From positions 1 through 55,944 of the IMG/VR virus record IMGVR_UViG_3300032227_000475: a stretch of DNA of 55,944 nt. One strand, given 5' to 3'. The notes beneath the pieces are model-generated. The model worked only from the letters and a program-made list of their open reading frames with translations. It ran no database searches and was not told the origin of the DNA. Shown here one piece after another: positions 1-10,251 of the stretch (position 1 is its first letter; each line of letters starts with the position of its first letter). A program made the translations under genes and the position numbers. The DNA comes from a virus (taxonomy: Duplodnaviria > Caudoviricetes).

Positions 1-530
1 CCCTACACCGACGCCGACCCCCACACCGACGCCGACCCCTACACCGACGCCGACCCCCACACCGACGCCGACCCCTACACCGACGCCGACCCCTACACCG
101 ACACCGACCACTCCGACGACGCCAACCACCCCGACCACCCCGACGACGCCGACCACTCCGACGACCCCAACTCCGACGACGCCGACCACTCCGACGACGC
201 CGACCACCCCGACGACGCCGACCACCCCGACGACGCCGACCACCCCGACGACACCAACCACCCCGACGACACCAACCACTCCACCGGTTACTCCAACTCC
301 GACTCCAAATTGGTGGGAGTGGCCGCCGAAAACCCCGACGCCGACGACTCCAACCCCGACACCGACAACTCCAACACCGACGACACCGCCCGAAACACCC
401 ACACCGACGACTCCACCCCCGACACCGACGACTCCACCCCCGACGCCGACGACTCCAACCCCGACGCCGACCAAACCACCTACACCGACGACTCCAACCC
501 CAACTCCGACGCCAACTCCTACACCACGTT
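1..530 (+). repeat. Pro-Thr coding tandem repeat (18-bp units, then degenerate PTT/PT units)
   Basis: ccctacaccgacgccgac / ccccacaccgacgccgac units followed by accactccgacgacgccg-type units. Confidence 0.95.
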
Positions 531-1156
531 CTGGAGGTATAATCGCAGCATCTGTGCCATCAGGTGGTCAAGCAAAAACAGCCTCGATGGACGAGTTCTG
601 GCTTGGCGGAAAATTCAAAAAAGGACACAATCCCTTGAAAGGTTTTGAATACCTTCTTGAAGCAGGGTCGCCATATGCTGATCAGTTGCAAGCATTGGTG
701 GAAGCTGTCAAAGATTCTGGCCCTACGCTAACTGCTGAGCAAGCCGCTCAGATAGCGTCGGAAGCACCGCCCGAACCTACGTATTCTTACTACACGTACG
801 GGAATGAGCCTGCAATTAGCGTCGCTACAGTTCGTTTAGCCAAAGGCGGCAATGTTGCTTCAGCGATGACATCACCCTTGATGGCTGCCTACGGAGGCAT
901 CCCGCACAAGGGTTCGCATTACGTGCAAGGCGACGGCGGCGGTCAGGACGACCTGATCCCTGCGCAGTTGGCTGACGGCGAATACGTGTTCGATGCCGAG
1001 ATCGTTGCAGCACTCGGAGACGGGTCGAACAAAGAAGGCGCAAAGAAACTCGACGCCATGCGTGAGGCTATCAGGAAGCACAAACGCTCAGGGCCATTGC
1101 ACACGATACCTCCTAAAGCCAAGTCACCATTGGCGTATTTGAAAGGGCTGAAATAA
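2..1156 (+). CDS. C-terminal part of the giant virion/ejection protein (continues the ORF starting at 52241): Pro-Thr tract, LAKGG motif, GDGGGQDD-IPA-L-DGEYV domain
   Basis: Frame 2 is open from base 2 (PTPTPT...NWWEWPPK...PRSGGIIAASVPSGG) into the listed 554..1156 ORF; same frame as the stop-free ORF running off the right end. Confidence 0.85.
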   Translation, partial: PTPTPTPTPTPTPTPTPTPTPTPTPTPTPTPTPTPTTPTTPTTPTTPTTPTTPTTPTPTTPTTPTTPTTPTTPTTPTTPTTPTTPTTPTTPTTPPVTPTPTPNWWEWPPKTPTPTTPTPTPTTPTPTTPPETPTPTTPPPTPTTPPPTPTTPTPTPTKPPTPTTPTPTPTPTPTPRSGGIIAASVPSGGQAKTASMDEFWLGGKFKKGHNPLKGFEYLLEAGSPYADQLQALVEAVKDSGPTLTAEQAAQIASEAPPEPTYSYYTYGNEPAISVATVRLAKGGNVASAMTSPLMAAYGGIPHKGSHYVQGDGGGQDDLIPAQLADGEYVFDAEIVAALGDGSNKEGAKKLDAMREAIRKHKRSGPLHTIPPKAKSPLAYLKGLK

Positions 1157-2103
1157 TGGGCTTGACTGCGGGTGATCCGTTACCAAATATCACGACCACC
1201 AAAACGACCGGCACGGCTGGCCCGGATTGGTACAACACGTATTTAGAAAACCTCGCAAAACCGGGAACTAATCTTCTAAATCTCAAGCCTGAAGAAATGG
1301 TGGCGGGTTTTGACCCGCTGCAGCAAAATGTCCTCGATACAGCTAAAGGGGCACTGTCAGGCTACGAAAGTTTGCTGACTAAATCCGGCACCACCGCAGA
1401 GGAAGCTGCAAAGGGGATAACTCCGCAAAACATTGCGGCGTTCATGAACCCGTACCAGACGAGCGTCACGAATGAGATGGCTCGTCAGTCGACGAATGCT
1501 TTCAATCAGAATATGCTTCCGAGTCTCCGGGGGCAGTTCGTTGGAACAGGTGGTTTAGGGAGTCAACGCGCATTGGGCGCGTTGGGGCAAATGACTGCGG
1601 ATGTGAACCAAAATCTAACTGGATCAATCAATAAGTCGCTCGCAGAAGCGTACAATAGTGCGCTGGGCGCTGCTGGCAAACAATCTGACCTTCTTCGGCA
1701 AGGTGCTGAAACTGAAAAGGGTATCGCCACTGCTGACCTTGACAACGCAATCAAACAGCTAGCTGCTCAATACGGTTACGGCGAGAATGCTCAGAAGTTA
1801 GCTCAGCAACGTATCCTTGCACCACTCTCCGCTGCAACCACAGCTGGAAACGTCTATGCAAATCTTAAAGTTCCTAGCACGGTATCAGAGACGGCTAATG
1901 CGCCGATTCCAGGTGCGTATTCTACGCCGCTGCTATCTCAAGTGACAGGTCTTGGTTCTCTGTTCACTTCACCCACAGGCGGCATAAGCCCCGCTGCGGG
2001 AATGGCTAGTGGCATTACCGATTTCAGCAAATACTTATTCGGCACCGACAAAGATAAAGGTGCTCTTTCCAGTGCGTGGGAATGGATAAAGGGTCTAGGC
2101 TAA
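1156..2103 (+). CDS. Putative internal virion / DNA ejection protein
   Basis: Ala/Gln/Gly-rich helical protein with FMNPYQ motif and glycine-rich hydrophobic C-terminus; last block of structural arm. Confidence 0.65.
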   Translation: MGLTAGDPLPNITTTKTTGTAGPDWYNTYLENLAKPGTNLLNLKPEEMVAGFDPLQQNVLDTAKGALSGYESLLTKSGTTAEEAAKGITPQNIAAFMNPYQTSVTNEMARQSTNAFNQNMLPSLRGQFVGTGGLGSQRALGALGQMTADVNQNLTGSINKSLAEAYNSALGAAGKQSDLLRQGAETEKGIATADLDNAIKQLAAQYGYGENAQKLAQQRILAPLSAATTAGNVYANLKVPSTVSETANAPIPGAYSTPLLSQVTGLGSLFTSPTGGISPAAGMASGITDFSKYLFGTDKDKGALSSAWEWIKGLG

Positions 2104-4028
2104 TGGCTGAAGAAACCACACCCAGCTCAGAGTCGGAGGGCAGCTACAGCCCACTTCTGGCTAAAATGCTCAATATCAGCCCTGAAACGGTTGGAAATAT
2201 CAGCCTTTCTGGTCTTGGACGGCAGATCGTAGGGGCAGAATCCGAATCCTACAGGAAAAAACTAGACGAAGTCACCCAAGCTCAAAATGCGATGATTGCC
2301 TCGCTTGAGGCGCGCAAGAATCGTATCGACCCCGGTGCTTTGGCGCTGGCTGCTGGATTCTTTTCTCCCACCAAAACGGGAACATTCGGCGAGAATCTTG
2401 GACTTGCGCTGGGCAATTTGAGCAAAGTCCAAGAGCAAGAGTCAGCCAATGCAACCAATGCTGCAAAAATGCGGTACGAACTCGCCAGGAGTGGTTTGGC
2501 TGATGAAGAAACAATGGCCAAATTGGGCCTGTCGGCTGTCAAGAGCCTGACGCCCAAACTAACTAAACTCCAGCAGCAGGTGATGGCCGAGGGGCTTGAT
2601 CCTAATTCTGTTGCGGGTAGAAATCGTCTAATTCAGCTGCAGTTTCTTGAAACTGCTCCTGAGGGTGTTAGAGAGTATTTCTACTCAACAGGCAGGTTGC
2701 CTGAAGGTGTTGCAATGCCACCGTCTGGCGCACCAGCGCCCCCTGCAGAGGCGGGTGTGCCCCTCCCTGCGCCATCTGGTGCGCCGCCAGTTGCCTCGGG
2801 TTACGGTGCTTATGCGCAACAGAAACGTCTAGAGTCTCAAGCTACGCAGGAGATGAAAGAGTTCGCAGCGATGTCTGGTTTGAGTTTGTCTGATCCGAGC
2901 TTTGCAACCAAGTTCAGCGCATACAAAAACAACAAAGACTTGATCCCAGTCGCTGCACGGATGGGGTTGAACGTCGACATTCCTGAAGATGCGGCTAAAG
3001 TTCGTGCAGAGATGCAACGCGCCGAGTTCATCAAAACGAACCCTGAGGTCGCTAAAGCACTCGCGACTTTTGGCGGCGACCCGCTCAAACCTGCAGATCT
3101 TCAAAAAGCCCAGAAAATGCTCACTTCTGAGCGGACGATGGGAAACATGGGGAAATTGTCAGATTACATTTTGGCAAACAATCTCGACCCAGCCAATCCA
3201 GCGCATGTGCGATTAGCTGGCGAAATGTACAAACGAGATATGGATCTCGAAAGACAAAGCAAAGAGCAGACCATCAAAACTGCACGGCTGCAAGCTGCGA
3301 GGCTCGGTCAAGAGATAAATGAAAACGCTCGCGCTGGAAACGTGGCAGGGATGGCCGCAGCAGCGCAACGTGCGGGGGTGCCTTTCGAACCGTTGAACCT
3401 TCCTCCCGGCACCACGCAAAAAGAATTTGCAGCAATGCGCACCGAGCAGCTGAAAGAAGCGAACAAGTACATCACAGAAAATATCACGCCTTACGTGAAC
3501 ACTGTCGACACGGACATATCTGACTTAGAACGTGCCAAAGCGTTGAATGCTAAACTGCCGGGTGTGGGCAGTCTGACATTTGGAATTCCAGGAATAGGAA
3601 CCGTTGCGAAAGCGGCCACTGGGGCAAAAGCTCAATACGAAGAGTTTGATGCGCTGGCTTCCAAGGCTGCTGCGCAAAACAAGATCCCCAACAACCCGAG
3701 TGTGTCTAACGCAGACTTGAAGTTCATGGAACGGGGCGTGTTTAACTCTGATAAAGAGCGGTCTTCCAACGACACGATTATCAGTTTCATGGTCGAGCAG
3801 CGTAGGCGCGACAAGGATTATTACCGATTCATGAGCAACTACGCTGCAGTGAACGGTAAGCTCGGCCCCACCGCAAACCGAGCTTGGCGAGATTACGTCG
3901 ACGCCAACCCAATCACTGCGCGCGACAGCAAGGGCAATATCGTTATTAACCCGAACCGGGTAACTCCAGAGCAGTTCTACTCCATGCCTACGACACGTTA
4001 TGACGCGCAGGGGAGACCGATTCAATGA
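2103..4028 (+). CDS. Putative internal virion / DNA ejection protein
   Basis: Start MAEETT coupled to upstream stop (TAATG); LAAGFFSPTKTGTFGENLG segment, long helical body. Confidence 0.6.
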   Translation: MAEETTPSSESEGSYSPLLAKMLNISPETVGNISLSGLGRQIVGAESESYRKKLDEVTQAQNAMIASLEARKNRIDPGALALAAGFFSPTKTGTFGENLGLALGNLSKVQEQESANATNAAKMRYELARSGLADEETMAKLGLSAVKSLTPKLTKLQQQVMAEGLDPNSVAGRNRLIQLQFLETAPEGVREYFYSTGRLPEGVAMPPSGAPAPPAEAGVPLPAPSGAPPVASGYGAYAQQKRLESQATQEMKEFAAMSGLSLSDPSFATKFSAYKNNKDLIPVAARMGLNVDIPEDAAKVRAEMQRAEFIKTNPEVAKALATFGGDPLKPADLQKAQKMLTSERTMGNMGKLSDYILANNLDPANPAHVRLAGEMYKRDMDLERQSKEQTIKTARLQAARLGQEINENARAGNVAGMAAAAQRAGVPFEPLNLPPGTTQKEFAAMRTEQLKEANKYITENITPYVNTVDTDISDLERAKALNAKLPGVGSLTFGIPGIGTVAKAATGAKAQYEEFDALASKAAAQNKIPNNPSVSNADLKFMERGVFNSDKERSSNDTIISFMVEQRRRDKDYYRFMSNYAAVNGKLGPTANRAWRDYVDANPITARDSKGNIVINPNRVTPEQFYSMPTTRYDAQGRPIQ

Positions 4029-6088
4029 TCGTCAAGATTGTCAATGGTGAGAGGCTAGAGTTCCCTGACGGCACTCCGCAAGCAGTTATCAATCGTGTCA
4101 TAGCGCAGAAGTCTGGCGGGATGGCCACTATGCCGAACCCGATGGAAGCTCGCGCTCAGGCGCAAGCCGCAATGCGCAACAGAGAATCTCGCCCCGGACC
4201 CTTGCTACCTGGAGTTGTCAACGAAGCTCTGCAAGGTGCTTCGATGGGTTTCTCGGACGAAGCGATCGCCGCGTTGCGTGCAGGTTTTGACCCACGTCAG
4301 AGAAAACAGCTCTCCGAGCAGATAACTGGCCAGCCTTCGCCGGGCAGCTACGAAGACTATCTCAAAGCTGAACGCGAAGGGATGCGCCAGTATCAGGAGC
4401 AAAACCCAATAACGTCGACCGTCGCGAATCTGGGCGGTGCATTCGCACCAGCGATGTTTACAGGCGGTGCAGGGGCGGTGCCTGCAGTTAGCCGCACTGT
4501 GGGTCCACGACTCGCCGGGATGCTGTTTGGTCAAACTCCCAGCGTAGGGCGCATGGCTGCAACCGGCGCCGGTGCAGGTGCAGTGAGTGCGGTGGGCACT
4601 TCCGAAAAGCCAATCACAGAAGCCCCCAGCGAAGCCGCGTTGGGGGCAGTTGCGGGTGGCGCGACAGCGGGTACGCTAGGGCTGCTTGGGCAATATGTTG
4701 CGATGCCTGCATACCGTCAGATCAAACGCCTGATGGGATTCGACGACGCAAACCGGATGGCTGATCGACTGATTGTTGACGCGTTGCGCAAAGACGGCGT
4801 CGACCCGAATCAAGCTCTTGCGCGGTTGCAGGGTATGCAACGTGGCGAGGCCACTTTAGCCGACGTTGGTGAGAACACTGCAAACCTGTTGCGCCGAGCC
4901 AGCGCAGCACCGGGTCAAGCTCGTCAGGAAACGCAAACTGCTCTCTCGCAACGCGCAGCAGAGCGTGCACCGCGCATTAGCGACGATTTGCGCACGTTGA
5001 TGTCGGCTTCGCCAGACTTTTACACCGACGTCACTGATTTGATTGCTAAACGACGCACAGATGCTCAGGCACTTTACGGCGCTGCTTGGGCGAATGCACC
5101 GGTGATCACTCCGCAGAATGCTCCTGATATATGGGCAATGCGTAATTTGCCGTCGTTCGACGCGGCGATGAGGGCGGGAATGGCTCGGCTAAGAGACATG
5201 GGTATGCCTTTGAACTCACCGCAAAACATCTTCCGTGGTTTGCATGAAACCAAGCTCGCGCTAGACGACATGATTCAGCACGAGATGCAAAATGGTCGTA
5301 AGAACCAAGCTGCTACGCTTCTTAGCATGAAAGAGCGACTGCTCCGAGACATGGACAATGTTTCTGGCCCGTACAAAATTGCTCGTCAGGCGTACGCTGG
5401 CGACAGCGAGATGCTGGAAGCCATGAACCAAGGGCGCAACATTTATACATTGCCTGAGCAAGAGTTGCGAGAATTCATGCAGCGGTTTAGCAAAAACCCG
5501 TCTGAATATGATTCTTTCCGCGCAGGAATTGCTCAGGCGATGCTCGAGCGGGTTCGTGCTGGTGGTCAAAATGCCGACCCGTTGCAACTCGTTTTCCCGC
5601 GTGGTTCGGAGCAGCGCATCCGTGGTGCATTCCGCGACGACCAAGCATTCGAAGAGTTCCGCAATCGGTTGCTCGAAGAGCGAACCATGCTAAGGACAGA
5701 AACCGCTGGTTTGCGTAGGAATCCAATGGACCCAACTCAATCAGACCAAGGTGGTCTTGGGCCAGTTGGAACACTTGCAACCGGGAGACCTGTCCGGGCT
5801 GCTGTCGAGGCTGCGCAGAATGCTATGCCTTCAGTCGCGGGGATGGCACCCGCAACGGCTCAATCCGCTGTTTCCAAACTCCTCACGCCTTCTGCGCCTA
5901 GCACCAACTTGGGTCCAGACCCGATCGAAAGAACCATCGCTGGCATCCTGAACAGCTTGCAACAGGAAGAAGCTGCATTGATGGGCTCAGCAGCTAGAGG
6001 TCAAGCGCAAGCCACAGTCGCGGGTGGTCTGGCCGCAGCTCGTGAACCAACGGCGCAATATCCAGAAGACGAAGGTCAGATGCCTTGA
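4025..6088 (+). CDS. Putative large ejection (DNA transfer) protein
   Basis: LEFPDGTP N-terminus, QGASMGFSDEAIA motif, Gly/Ala hydrophobic stretches typical of podovirus ejection proteins; last gene before convergent junction. Confidence 0.65.
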   Translation: MIVKIVNGERLEFPDGTPQAVINRVIAQKSGGMATMPNPMEARAQAQAAMRNRESRPGPLLPGVVNEALQGASMGFSDEAIAALRAGFDPRQRKQLSEQITGQPSPGSYEDYLKAEREGMRQYQEQNPITSTVANLGGAFAPAMFTGGAGAVPAVSRTVGPRLAGMLFGQTPSVGRMAATGAGAGAVSAVGTSEKPITEAPSEAALGAVAGGATAGTLGLLGQYVAMPAYRQIKRLMGFDDANRMADRLIVDALRKDGVDPNQALARLQGMQRGEATLADVGENTANLLRRASAAPGQARQETQTALSQRAAERAPRISDDLRTLMSASPDFYTDVTDLIAKRRTDAQALYGAAWANAPVITPQNAPDIWAMRNLPSFDAAMRAGMARLRDMGMPLNSPQNIFRGLHETKLALDDMIQHEMQNGRKNQAATLLSMKERLLRDMDNVSGPYKIARQAYAGDSEMLEAMNQGRNIYTLPEQELREFMQRFSKNPSEYDSFRAGIAQAMLERVRAGGQNADPLQLVFPRGSEQRIRGAFRDDQAFEEFRNRLLEERTMLRTETAGLRRNPMDPTQSDQGGLGPVGTLATGRPVRAAVEAAQNAMPSVAGMAPATAQSAVSKLLTPSAPSTNLGPDPIERTIAGILNSLQQEEAALMGSAARGQAQATVAGGLAAAREPTAQYPEDEGQMP

Positions 6089-8802
6089 ATTACCTTCCAC
6101 TTCTCGATCTGCAACATCCGGATTCCATTCCCGCCCATCCTGCCCCGCAGGAGCAGCACCGCCCCAATTGGAACGGACTCGAGGATTTCTTTTCCCATTT
6201 TCTCATAGTCCTTCCTCCGGATGGTGGCGATCGCCAACCCGGTGTCGTCCTTGAGTGTGATGTTGAGCCAATACCGGTATTGCCGGTCGTAGTCAGTGAT
6301 GACGCCGCCGCGTTTCATGACATTACCGGTCTCTAGCGCGTCGCGCAAGTTCTTCTCTGCCAACACACCCAGCACCACCCGCTCGGTGGAGTCGGCTTCG
6401 AGTTCATTGCACTTGGTTAGCGTTGAACCCTCTTTGAGCCCGTGCTTACGCGGGTTGACGTACCAATCTCCGTACAGGAGTGTGAACGGATACGGGTCGG
6501 GCCATTTGAGTTTGGGATTGTCGAGCTTAGCAGTTATACTCGGGGGCAGCGGCTTCCCTGTTTCACGAGAATCGAGCACCTTTTGAGCCATTTTTGGACC
6601 GATACCGTGTACAGCGGTCAATCCACCGTAAATTGCGTCTCCTTTTGCTGCCCAACTGGCTTCCGATCGAGATTTGTCGAAGGCCACATACTTGAAGCCC
6701 TCAGCGGTGATCTCCCGCAGGAGTTTGAGGACTGCCTCGTCGTCCGAGGTGTGGCGCAAGGAAGCAGCGCAGAATTCGAGTGGGTGGTAATATTTAAGCC
6801 AAGCTGTCCACGCGGAGATGACGGAGTATGCAGCGGCGTGTGCCTTCACGAAGGCGTACGACCCTGCGTGCATCATTGAGTTCCACACTTCGAGTGCGGC
6901 TTCGCGATTGATATCCTGCTTCTCGGCACCCTCCAGAAACTTGTCCCGGAACTGATCGAAGTACTCCTTGCCGAGCGACTTTGACATTGCCCGGCGCAAC
7001 GCGGTGAGCTCCGGCCACCCGAGCAACCCAATGTCCCGGCCCAAGAACAGGATCTGCTCCTGATACACCACCACCCCTTCGGTCTGCTCAGTCCACTTGC
7101 GGTGAATGTCGTGGTAATAAGTCGGAGTGTCTGTGCCCCGTCGCACCTCCATGAACTTCTTTGCTCCGCCCGACTGCAGCGGTCCGGGACGAGCCAGCGA
7201 AGTCAGCGCGACGATGTCGTTGAAGTTCTTGACCTGGAACTGCCGTAGCAACTGCCGAGCAGCGTCGCCTTCCAGCTGGAACACGCCGGTGATCTTCTGG
7301 CTGTTCAACAGGTCGTAGATCTTCTGGTCGTGCACGTCGATGTCGGTGATCTTCTTGCCGACCTTGTCGAGTGTTTCCTGCACGACGTCCAGCGTCTTCA
7401 GCCCGAGCGCGTCGAGCTTCATCAGGTTGAGCGATTCAGCTTGATACTTGTCGATCTGCGAGATGCCTTCGGCGGTGACCGAGCAGTAATCGGCCACAGG
7501 CGTGTTGCAGATGATCACCCCAGCAGCGTGCACCCCAGCGTGAGATGCGTGGCCTTCTAAGGCTCCGGCATTGCGGAAACCGGGGTGTTTATCGAGCAGC
7601 TCGCGTCCAGCCTTGAGCGCACCCATCGTGTCTTCGAGACAAAACGCTGCACGCGAATCACCCGATGACCGCTCGATCATGTTGTCGCGGATCTCTGCTG
7701 TTTCCCACGACGGAATCCGCATGCGCTTACCGACGTTGACCAGGATCGACTTGGGCTTCAGCCGGTTGACGTTGCCCAGCCGAGCGATGCTTTGCGCACC
7801 GTACTTGCCTTGCAGATACGTGAACAGTTCGTCCCGGCGATCTCCCGGGAAGTCCATGTCGATGTCGGGCAGGTCGATCCGGGTCACGTCGACGAACCGC
7901 TCGAACAGCAACCCGTGCTCGATTGGGTCGAGTTCGGTGATGCCGAGCAGGTAACAGATTATCGAACCTGACGACGAACCGCGTCCAGGACCCACTAACA
8001 TGCGCTCTCGAGCCCAACGGATCAAATCGTAGACCATCAAGAAGTACGACTCAAAATGTTTCTCCCGGATCACCCCCAACTCGCGCTGAAGCCGAGCCTC
8101 GTATTCCTCACCGAAACCGCGTGGAAAGCGCCATGGAATACCTTTCCTTGCCTCGGCTTCTAAGTCGCCCTCTACGACCATATTTTCAGCCACCGGGAGC
8201 TTGACTTTCTCGAACCGCTCGGCGAACTCTCCCCAAAGCATGGATTCTGGAAAGTGCTGCTCCATTTCCGCTGGCGACCACCAGTGTTGCGAATGCGCTC
8301 CAAGCCGCACCCCCAGAAGCTCTGCGTACTTGCGGTCGGTCGGTGCAGGGTAGCGCATGTCGGAAACGAACAGCAGCGGCTTGGCCATCCTTTTGGCCAG
8401 AGCGCGGTTATGTTCGTTGAGCATCGGGTTCAGCGGGTGCAGATCGAACACCATATCTTCGGCTTGCACGAGAGCGGGGTCGGCAGTGAACGGCAGCACC
8501 AGTAGGTTGTCAGAGAACTCGGAGTCATACGTGATCCCCGCGCTCAGCCGATACAGCTCCCGCACCCCTTCTTGGTTCTTAGCGAGAACCTTGATCGACC
8601 GTTCCTCGTCGCCGACTTTGAGCTCTGCACCGAGCACTGGCTGCAATCCCGCCTTTTCAGCCGCCTTGAAAAATGGCACGTGGCCCCAAGTCCCGACGTC
8701 GCAGATCGCGGGTTTGTTGAACCCGAGCTTGGTGGCTCGCTCCACGACCCTGTTGATTGGGCCGAAACAATTGCCGAACGTGAACTCGGTTCTAGTGAGC
8801 AT
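6076..8802 (-). CDS. dnaE: DNA polymerase III alpha subunit-like (family C) polymerase
   Basis: GPGRGSSSGS, LLFERF, DLPDIDMDF catalytic motif, GVHAAGVII, KLDALGL, VYQEQ, YAFVKAHAAAY; degenerate N-terminal PHP domain. Confidence 0.95.
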   Translation of the reverse strand: MLTRTEFTFGNCFGPINRVVERATKLGFNKPAICDVGTWGHVPFFKAAEKAGLQPVLGAELKVGDEERSIKVLAKNQEGVRELYRLSAGITYDSEFSDNLLVLPFTADPALVQAEDMVFDLHPLNPMLNEHNRALAKRMAKPLLFVSDMRYPAPTDRKYAELLGVRLGAHSQHWWSPAEMEQHFPESMLWGEFAERFEKVKLPVAENMVVEGDLEAEARKGIPWRFPRGFGEEYEARLQRELGVIREKHFESYFLMVYDLIRWARERMLVGPGRGSSSGSIICYLLGITELDPIEHGLLFERFVDVTRIDLPDIDMDFPGDRRDELFTYLQGKYGAQSIARLGNVNRLKPKSILVNVGKRMRIPSWETAEIRDNMIERSSGDSRAAFCLEDTMGALKAGRELLDKHPGFRNAGALEGHASHAGVHAAGVIICNTPVADYCSVTAEGISQIDKYQAESLNLMKLDALGLKTLDVVQETLDKVGKKITDIDVHDQKIYDLLNSQKITGVFQLEGDAARQLLRQFQVKNFNDIVALTSLARPGPLQSGGAKKFMEVRRGTDTPTYYHDIHRKWTEQTEGVVVYQEQILFLGRDIGLLGWPELTALRRAMSKSLGKEYFDQFRDKFLEGAEKQDINREAALEVWNSMMHAGSYAFVKAHAAAYSVISAWTAWLKYYHPLEFCAASLRHTSDDEAVLKLLREITAEGFKYVAFDKSRSEASWAAKGDAIYGGLTAVHGIGPKMAQKVLDSRETGKPLPPSITAKLDNPKLKWPDPYPFTLLYGDWYVNPRKHGLKEGSTLTKCNELEADSTERVVLGVLAEKNLRDALETGNVMKRGGVITDYDRQYRYWLNITLKDDTGLAIATIRRKDYEKMGKEILESVPIGAVLLLRGRMGGNGIRMLQIEKWKVIQGI

Positions 8803-9322
8803 GGGCGATCGCCTTGTAGCATTCGTGCAGCGCCTTGACGTCGTCGAGTGCGCGGTGCGTCTGGGCGAGTGGTGCGCCTTGCGTGTGCTCGTATAACTCA
8901 GTGAGTTTCATGCGTCTGCCCTTTATGTGCATTGTCGAATCCACGGTGCAGATCTGGTTGGGCGGGAATGGGAACCGCCGCTCCCACCCGGTGCGCAGCA
9001 GCTCGAAGTACAACACGTCGCGGTCGAAAGCGAGATTGTGCGCCACGAGCGTGTGCGCTCCGAGGAAGAAGTCCGCGAGCTCAGGGATGACTTCCTCGAT
9101 GCACCGTTTGCCACGCAGTTGATCGGGCTTGATCCCGGTGATCTTAGTGATCTCAGCAGAGATCTCCTGTTTCGGGTCAATGAGCTCGCTCAACTCCGCG
9201 ACAATGCTACCCCGGTCGGAGACCTTGATTGCGCCGATCTCGATAATCCTCGGCTGCAACTCAAGGTCTGACGAGCTAGGCAGCGTCAGGCCGGTGGTTT
9301 CGAAGTCAAGAAGGATTAGCAT
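8792..9322 (-). CDS. dnaQ: DEDDh 3'-5' exonuclease (Pol III epsilon-like)
   Basis: DFETTG (ExoI), AHNLAFD (ExoII), HRALDD (ExoIII). Confidence 0.92.
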   Translation of the reverse strand: MLILLDFETTGLTLPSSSDLELQPRIIEIGAIKVSDRGSIVAELSELIDPKQEISAEITKITGIKPDQLRGKRCIEEVIPELADFFLGAHTLVAHNLAFDRDVLYFELLRTGWERRFPFPPNQICTVDSTMHIKGRRMKLTELYEHTQGAPLAQTHRALDDVKALHECYKAIAHAH

Positions 9323-9608
9323 CCGTCAACTCCTCCAACATAGCGGCATACACCGACAAGTCGTGCGCAGAGTCCTGATGGCCGCCACGCGTGAGGGTTT
9401 CTGAATAACGAGTGACCTTGCTGACACATTGAATGAACACCCCGAGCCTGTTGAAGTCTTCCACAGTGTACAAGCACAACCCGTTGGGGAAAACCGCCGC
9501 CATCACAGCGCCGAACTTCTTGTAATTGTTGCCGTAGACCTTGTTGCGCTCTTCGTACGTTTCAGCGCACTCGCGCAGGATTTCTGGAACCGTTTTCATC
9601 GTACCCAC
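9306..9608 (-). CDS. DUF6378 / nucleotide-modification-associated all-alpha (MazG-like) protein
   Basis: ERNKVYG...KVTRY...HQDSAHDLSVYAAML pattern. Confidence 0.6.
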   Translation of the reverse strand: MGTMKTVPEILRECAETYEERNKVYGNNYKKFGAVMAAVFPNGLCLYTVEDFNRLGVFIQCVSKVTRYSETLTRGGHQDSAHDLSVYAAMLEELTDANPS

Positions 9609-10024
9609 ACTCCTTTTAGACCCAACTGGGTGTATGCATTGAGAATTTCCAACCGATCGTCGTAAGCACCTTCAATGGTGTACGTTTTCATCAGCTCCGC
9701 TACTTTCTTCTGTTTCATCTTAGCAGAAGACTCGTGATTGTCGTCTTCGCGCATGAGCAGCGCCTTGTAGTCGAACCCGTTTTTGTGCAACCAATTCATC
9801 GTCTGCCACCGCACGTACTCATGCCGCGCAGTCAGGAAGAACACGTCCACCGGGGACTCGTCCACGATATGACGGTTGATCACTTCGTCGCCGCCGCAAT
9901 GATTGTGGTACGCATAGTACTTTGTCGGGTCGGTGTCCGGGAGACGTGGGTTGATGAGCCAGTAGCGCCACCGATCGTCGGTGATCGTGCGGTCGAGGTC
10001 GACGATTCTAATTGATGGTTTCAT
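9596..10024 (-). CDS. HAD-superfamily phosphatase (T4 PNK phosphatase-like)
   Basis: DLDRT motif I, LTAR motif II, K motif III, YDDR motif IV; probable start MKPSIR at 10024. Confidence 0.8.
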   Translation of the reverse strand: MKPSIRIVDLDRTITDDRWRYWLINPRLPDTDPTKYYAYHNHCGGDEVINRHIVDESPVDVFFLTARHEYVRWQTMNWLHKNGFDYKALLMREDDNHESSAKMKQKKVAELMKTYTIEGAYDDRLEILNAYTQLGLKGVWVR

Positions 10025-10250
10025 TTTGACCCTCAATCGTTTTGTCGAGCCACTCATCAAAAATCGAATGAAGCTGAGCTCGGTTGCGTTCTCCGATTGT
10101 TTGACCGTTGTCTGTCACCAGCTCTTTCGTGAGAAGAGAACCAGACCCTCCTCTGCAGTAAAACATGATCGCCTCGTCGTCACTTTTGACCCCGATTACG
10201 TAAAGTGGACTTTCGTAACCGTCTATTAAGCACAAATTGAGTTCGCTCAT
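10008..10250 (-). CDS. Hypothetical protein
   Basis: 80-aa ORF tightly packed between thyX and the HAD gene. Confidence 0.55.
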   Translation of the reverse strand: MSELNLCLIDGYESPLYVIGVKSDDEAIMFYCRGGSGSLLTKELVTDNGQTIGERNRAQLHSIFDEWLDKTIEGQNETIN

Positions 10251-10251
10251 T

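Noticed and set aside
1-530. Terminal repeats as a CRISPR array or true direct terminal repeats
   Set aside because: Units are contiguous with no unique spacers, are multiples of 3 and encode Pro-Thr in an open frame; best explained as an assembly break in a coding VNTR
310-648. Asp/Thr-rich 112-aa ORF and Val/Gly-rich reverse ORFs at both ends
   Set aside because: Alternative-frame readings of the Pro-Thr repeat
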